Below are positions 57,501 to 64,000 of a stretch of 64,000 nt of DNA, piece after piece. The stretch's first letter is position 1. The number at the start of each line of letters is the position of its first letter. A model generated the notes under the pieces. The model saw only the letters and a program-made list of their open reading frames with translations. It ran no database searches and was not told the DNA's origin. A program made the translations under genes and the position numbers. Source of the stretch: Yuukianura sp. NJ FZ-2021 (taxonomy: Eukaryota); NCBI GenBank assembly GCA_046563655.1, contig JAJCTO010000010.1, forward strand, positions 806,001 to 870,000, written 5' to 3'.

Positions 57501-60500
57501 ATAAACCACTCTAAAACCCAATAGTAACTAGCCTGGTTAGAAACCGCGCAATGCCATCACTGACAACAGCTAATGGATATTCAAGAGGAAATAAGTAAAA
57601 GTTTGAACGATATTTGAAACTACGAAGTCGGTTGCTTGATATAGTTCCAAGTTTGGTAACTTATAAATGGTTTCTTGCAGCAAATTTTGTACGATTTGTA
57701 TTTCCCAATAGCGTATTAGGCAAACTTTGAACCCAGGTATTTAAGATCGCCGCTCCGATGCGATGAAACGTTCGTTAAAACCATATTTCAGAAGGTTGGA
57801 TAAACCGTACGTTACTCCGTTTTTATTATGCACCCCTCCAACACCAGAAAAATTACAACTGACTCTCAAATCATAATGTGTTTTCAACCGAACCTGCAAA
57901 TGTACCTGTTTTATTGCGTTCAAACCCACTTTGCAGAAAGTTGGTATCTCGACAAGTTACCAGCACAATTGCATGCCTGTATTTACTCAACCACAGCAGA
58001 AATAGTTTATGCTACAGGATGAGGCGACCCTCATTGATTATGAAATTTAGTGAAATATTCAGTTTCAATAAAGCTACTTGGTTTCGGGGGCGTGTGACTG
58101 CTCTAAGTTAACAAAACGAGCTGCACTCTGTCTGGATCTTGTACGCGTTCCGGTGTCGATTTGTTGAGATGGCTTTTGTGTAGCAGGTATTCGCCTCAAG
58201 GAATTATAAACCACTCTAAAACCCAATAGTAACTAGCCTGGTTAGAAACCGCGCAATGCCATCACTGACAACAGCTAATGGATATTCAAGAGGAAATAAG
58301 TAAAAGTTTGAACGATATTTGAAACTACGAAGTCGGTTGCTTGATATAGTTCCAAGTTTGGTAACTTATAAATGGTTTCTTGCAGCAAATTTTGTACGAT
58401 TTGTATTTCCCAATAGCGTATTAGGCAAACTTTGAACCCAGGTATTTAAGATCGCCGCTCCGATGCGATGAAACGTTCGTTAAAACCATATTTCAGAAGG
58501 TTGGATAAACCGTACGTTACTCCGTTTTTATTATGCACCCCTCCAACACCAGAAAAATTACAACTGACTCTCAAATCATAATGTGTTTTCAACCGAACCT
58601 GCAAATGTACCTGTTTTATTGCGTTCAAACCCACTTTGCAGAAAGTTGGTATCTCGACAAGTTACCAGCACAATTGCATGCCTGTATTTACTCAACCACA
58701 GCAGAAATAGTTTATGCTACAGGATGAGGCGACCCTCATTGATTATGAAATTTAGTGAAATATTCAGTTTCAATAAAGCTACTTGGTTTCGGGGGCGTGT
58801 GACTGCTCTAAGTTAACAAAACGAGCTGCACTCTGTCTGGATCTTGTACGCGTTCCGGTGTCGATTTGTTGAGATAGCTTTTGTGTAGCAGGTATTCGCC
58901 TCAAGGAATTATAAACCACTCTAAAACCCAATAGTAACTAGCCTGGTTAGAAACCGCGCAATGCCATCACTGACAACAGCTAATGGATATTCAAGAGGAA
59001 ATAAGTAAAAGTTTGAACGATATTTGAAACTACGAAGTCGGTTGCTTGATATAGTTCCAAGTTTGGTAACTTATAAATGGTTTCTTGCAGCAAATTTTGT
59101 ACGATTTGTATTTCCCAATAGCGTATTAGGCAAACTTTGAACCCAGGTATTTAAGATCGCCGCTCCGATGCGATGAAACGTTCGTTAAAACCATATTTCA
59201 GAAGGTTGGATAAACCGTACGTTACTCCGTTTTTATTATGCACCCCTCCAACACCAGAAAAATTACAACTGACTCTCAAATCATAATGTGTTTTCAACCG
59301 AACCTGCAAATGTACCTGTTTTATTGCGTTCAAACCCACTTTGCAGAAAGTTGGTATCTCGACAAGTTACCAGCACAATTGCATGCCTGTATTTACTCAA
59401 CCACAGCAGAAATAGTTTATGCTACAGGATGAGGCGACCCTCATTGATTATGAAATTTAGTGAAATATTCAGTTTCAATAAAGCTACTTGGTTTCGGGGG
59501 CGTGTGACTGCTCTAAGTTAACAAAACGAGCTGCACTCTGTCTGGATCTTGTACGCGTTCCGGTGTCGATTTGTTGAGATGGCTTTTGTGTAGCAGGTAT
59601 TCGCCTCAAGGAATTATAAACCACTCTAAAACCCAATAGTAACTAGCCTGGTTAGAAACCGCGCAATGCCATCACTGACAACAGCTAATGGATATTCAAG
59701 AGGAAATAAGTAAAAGTTTGAACGATATTTGAAACTACGAAGTCGGTTGCTTGATATAGTTCCAAGTTTGGTAACTTATAAATGGTTTCTTGCAGCAAAT
59801 TTTGTACGATTTGTATTTCCCAATAGCGTATTAGGCAAACTTTGAACCCAGGTATTTAAGATCGCCGCTCCGATGCGATGAAACGTTCGTTAAAACCATA
59901 TTTCAGAAGGTTGGATAAACCGTACGTTACTCCGTTTTTATTATGCACCCCTCCAACACCAGAAAAATTACAACTGACTCTCAAATCATAATGTGTTTTC
60001 AACCGAACCTGCAAATGTACCTGTTTTATTGCGTTCAAACCCACTTTGCAGAAAGTTGGTATCTCGACAAGTTACCAGCACAATTGCATGCCTGTATTTA
60101 CTCAACCACAGCAGAAATAGTTTATGCTACAGGATGAGGCGACCCTCATTGATTATGAAATTTAGTGAAATATTCAGTTTCAATAAAGCTACTTGGTTTC
60201 GGGGGCGTGTGACTGCTCTAAGTTAACAAAACGAGCTGCACTCTGTCTGGATCTTGTACGCGTTCCGGTGTCGATTTGTTGAGATGGCTTTTGTGTAGCA
60301 GGTATTCGCCTCAAGGAATTATAAACCACTCTAAAACCCAATAGTAACTAGCCTGGTTAGAAACCGCGCAATGCCATCACTGACAACAGCTAATGGATAT
60401 TCAAGAGGAAATAAGTAAAAGTTTGAACGATATTTGAAACTACGAAGTCGGTTGCTTGATATAGTTCCAAGTTTGGTAACTTATAAATGGTTTCTTGCAG

Positions 60501-63500
60501 CAAATTTTGTACGATTTGTATTTCCCAATAGCGTATTAGGCAAACTTTGAACCCAGGTATTTAAGATCGCCGCTCCGATGCGATGAAACGTTCGTTAAAA
60601 CCATATTTCAGAAGGTTGGATAAACCGTACGTTACTCCGTTTTTATTATGCACCCCTCCAACACCAGAAAAATTACAACTGACTCTCAAATCATAATGTG
60701 TTTTCAACCGAACCTGCAAATGTACCTGTTTTATTGCGTTCAAACCCACTTTGCAGAAAGTTGGTATCTCGACAAGTTACCAGCACAATTGCATGCCTGT
60801 ATTTACTCAACCACAGCAGAAATAGTTTATGCTACAGGATGAGGCGACCCTCATTGATTATGAAATTTAGTGAAATATTCAGTTTCAATAAAGCTACTTG
60901 GTTTCGGGGGCGTGTGACTGCTCTAAGTTAACAAAACGAGCTGCACTCTGTCTGGATCTTGTACGCGTTCCGGTGTCGATTTGTTGAGATAGCTTTTGTG
61001 TAGCAGGTATTCGCCTCAAGGAATTATAAACCACTCTAAAACCCAATAGTAACTAGCCTGGTTAGAAACCGCGCAATGCCATCACTGACAACAGCTAATG
61101 GATATTCAAGAGGAAATAAGTAAAAGTTTGAACGATATTTGAAACTACGAAGTCGGTTGCTTGATATAGTTCCAAGTTTGGTAACTTATAAATGGTTTCT
61201 TGCAGCAAATTTTGTACGATTTGTATTTCCCAATAGCGTATTAGGCAAACTTTGAACCCAGGTATTTAAGATCGCCGCTCCGATGCGATGAAACGTTCGT
61301 TAAAACCATATTTCAGAAGGTTGGATAAACCGTACGTTACTCCGTTTTTATTATGCACCCCTCCAACACCAGAAAAATTACAACTGACTCTCAAATCATA
61401 ATGTGTTTTCAACCGAACCTGCAAATGTACCTGTTTTATTGCGTTCAAACCCACTTTGCAGAAAGTTGGTATCTCGACAAGTTACCAGCACAATTGCATG
61501 CCTGTATTTACTCAACCACAGCAGAAATAGTTTATGCTACAGGATGAGGCGACCCTCATTGATTATGAAATTTAGTGAAATATTCAGTTTCAATAAAGCT
61601 ACTTGGTTTCGGGGGCGTGTGACTGCTCTAAGTTAACAAAACGAGCTGCACTCTGTCTGGATCTTGTACGCGTTCCGGTGTCGATTTGTTGAGATGGCTT
61701 TTGTGTAGCAGGTATTCGCCTCAAGGAATTATAAACCACTCTAAAACCCAATAGTAACTAGCCTGGTTAGAAACCGCGCAATGCCATCACTGACAACAGC
61801 TAATGGATATTCAAGAGGAAATAAGTAAAAGTTTGAACGATATTTGAAACTACGAAGTCGGTTGCTTGATATAGTTCCAAGTTTGGTAACTTATAAATGG
61901 TTTCTTGCAGCAAATTTTGTACGATTTGTATTTCCCAATAGCGTATTAGGCAAACTTTGAACCCAGGTATTTAAGATCGCCGCTCCGATGCGATGAAACG
62001 TTCGTTAAAACCATATTTCAGAAGGTTGGATAAACCGTACGTTACTCCGTTTTTATTATGCACCCCTCCAACACCAGAAAAATTACAACTGACTCTCAAA
62101 TCATAATGTGTTTTCAACCGAACCTGCAAATGTACCTGTTTTATTGCGTTCAAACCCACTTTGCAGAAAGTTGGTATCTCGACAAGTTACCAGCACAATT
62201 GCATGCCTGTATTTACTCAACCACAGCAGAAATAGTTTATGCTACAGGATGAGGCGACCCTCATTGATTATGAAATTTAGTGAAATATTCAGTTTCAATA
62301 AAGCTACTTGGTTTCGGGGGCGTGTGACTGCTCTAAGTTAACAAAACGAGCTGCACTCTGTCTGGATCTTGTACGCGTTCCGGTGTCGATTTGTTGAGAT
62401 GGCTTTTGTGTAGCAGGTATTCGCCTCAAGGAATTATAAACCACTCTAAAACCCAATAGTAACTAGCCTGGTTAGAAACCGCGCAATGCCATCACTGACA
62501 ACAGCTAATGGATATTCAAGAGGAAATAAGTAAAAGTTTGAACGATATTTGAAACTACGAAGTCGGTTGCTTGATATAGTTCCAAGTTTGGTAACTTATA
62601 AATGGTTTCTTGCAGCAAATTTTGTACGATTTGTATTTCCCAATAGCGTATTAGGCAAACTTTGAACCCAGGTATTTAAGATCGCCGCTCCGATGCGATG
62701 AAACGTTCGTTAAAACCATATTTCAGAAGGTTGGATAAACCGTACGTTACTCCGTTTTTATTATGCACCCCTCCAACACCAGAAAAATTACAACTGACTC
62801 TCAAATCATAATGTGTTTTCAACCGAACCTGCAAATGTACCTGTTTTATTGCGTTCAAACCCACTTTGCAGAAAGTTGGTATCTCGACAAGTTACCAGCA
62901 CAATTGCATGCCTGTATTTACTCAACCACAGCAGAAATAGTTTATGCTACAGGATGAGGCGACCCTCATTGATTATGAAATTTAGTGAAATATTCAGTTT
63001 CAATAAAGCTACTTGGTTTCGGGGGCGTGTGACTGCTCTAAGTTAACAAAACGAGCTGCACTCTGTCTGGATCTTGTACGCGTTCCGGTGTCGATTTGTT
63101 GAGATGGCTTTTGTGTAGCAGGTATTCGCCTCAAGGAATTATAAACCACTCTAAAACCCAATAGTAACTAGCCTGGTTAGAAACCGCGCAATGCCATCAC
63201 TGACAACAGCTAATGGATATTCAAGAGGAAATAAGTAAAAGTTTGAACGATATTTGAAACTACGAAGTCGGTTGCTTGATATAGTTCCAAGTTTGGTAAC
63301 TTATAAATGGTTTCTTGCAGCAAATTTTGTACGATTTGTATTTCCCAATAGCGTATTAGGCAAACTTTGAACCCAGGTATTTAAGATCGCCGCTCCGATG
63401 CGATGAAACGTTCGTTAAAACCATATTTCAGAAGGTTGGATAAACCGTACGTTACTCCGTTTTTATTATGCACCCCTCCAACACCAGAAAAATTACAACT

Positions 63501-64000
63501 GACTCTCAAATCATAATGTGTTTTCAACCGAACCTGCAAATGTACCTGTTTTATTGCGTTCAAACCCACTTTGCAGAAAGTTGGTATCTCGACAAGTTAC
63601 CAGCACAATTGCATGCCTGTATTTACTCAACCACAGCAGAAATAGTTTATGCTACAGGATGAGGCGACCCTCATTGATTATGAAATTTAGTGAAATATTC
63701 AGTTTCAATAAAGCTACTTGGTTTCGGGGGCGTGTGACTGCTCTAAGTTAACAAAACGAGCTGCACTCTGTCTGGATCTTGTACGCGTTCCGGTGTCGAT
63801 TTGTTGAGATGGCTTTTGTGTAGCAGGTATTCGCCTCAAGGAATTATAAACCACTCTAAAACCCAATAGTAACTAGCCTGGTTAGAAACCGCGCAATGCC
63901 ATCACTGACAACAGCTAATGGATATTCAAGAGGAAATAAGTAAAAGTTTGAACGATATTTGAAACTACGAAGTCGGTTGCTTGATATAGTTCCAAGTTTG

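Larger units (their letters stand above)
53711..64000. repeat. Highly homogeneous tandem satellite, 705-bp unit, about 14 copies, running off the window
   Basis: Exact 705-bp periodicity; only a few single-base variants between units. Confidence 0.98.

Noticed and set aside
53614..63751. Repeated 62-77-aa ORFs in the 705-bp units
   Set aside because: Overlapping short frames on both strands with no motifs.

Overview
Eukaryotic, probably invertebrate (inferred), repeat-dense DNA made almost entirely of nested mobile elements, with no clear intact host gene. It holds pieces of two or three Polinton/Maverick endogenous viruses: two related right termini (ending 4496 and 24860) and two penton-core-MCP-adenain modules (21058-24148, 36258-40053). 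No pPolB, Polinton integrase or packaging ATPase is visible. Two full-length minus-strand Ty3/Gypsy elements with 4-bp TSDs (9132-19897, 41032-50068) each carry an extra 3' ORF; in the second it is an RNase D/RRP6-like DEDDy exonuclease plus probable HRDC domain. Also present: a BEL/Pao gag, a split Copia RT, a 5'-truncated RNase H-bearing LINE, a Penelope fragment with a hammerhead ribozyme, a spliced Pif1 helicase fragment, a MITE, orphan LTRs, and 402-bp and 705-bp tandem arrays. A 526-bp TRIM whose LTRs each contain a tRNA-like Pol III cassette sits in the first 705-bp unit. All calls come from motif recognition and manual alignment; no database searches were run.
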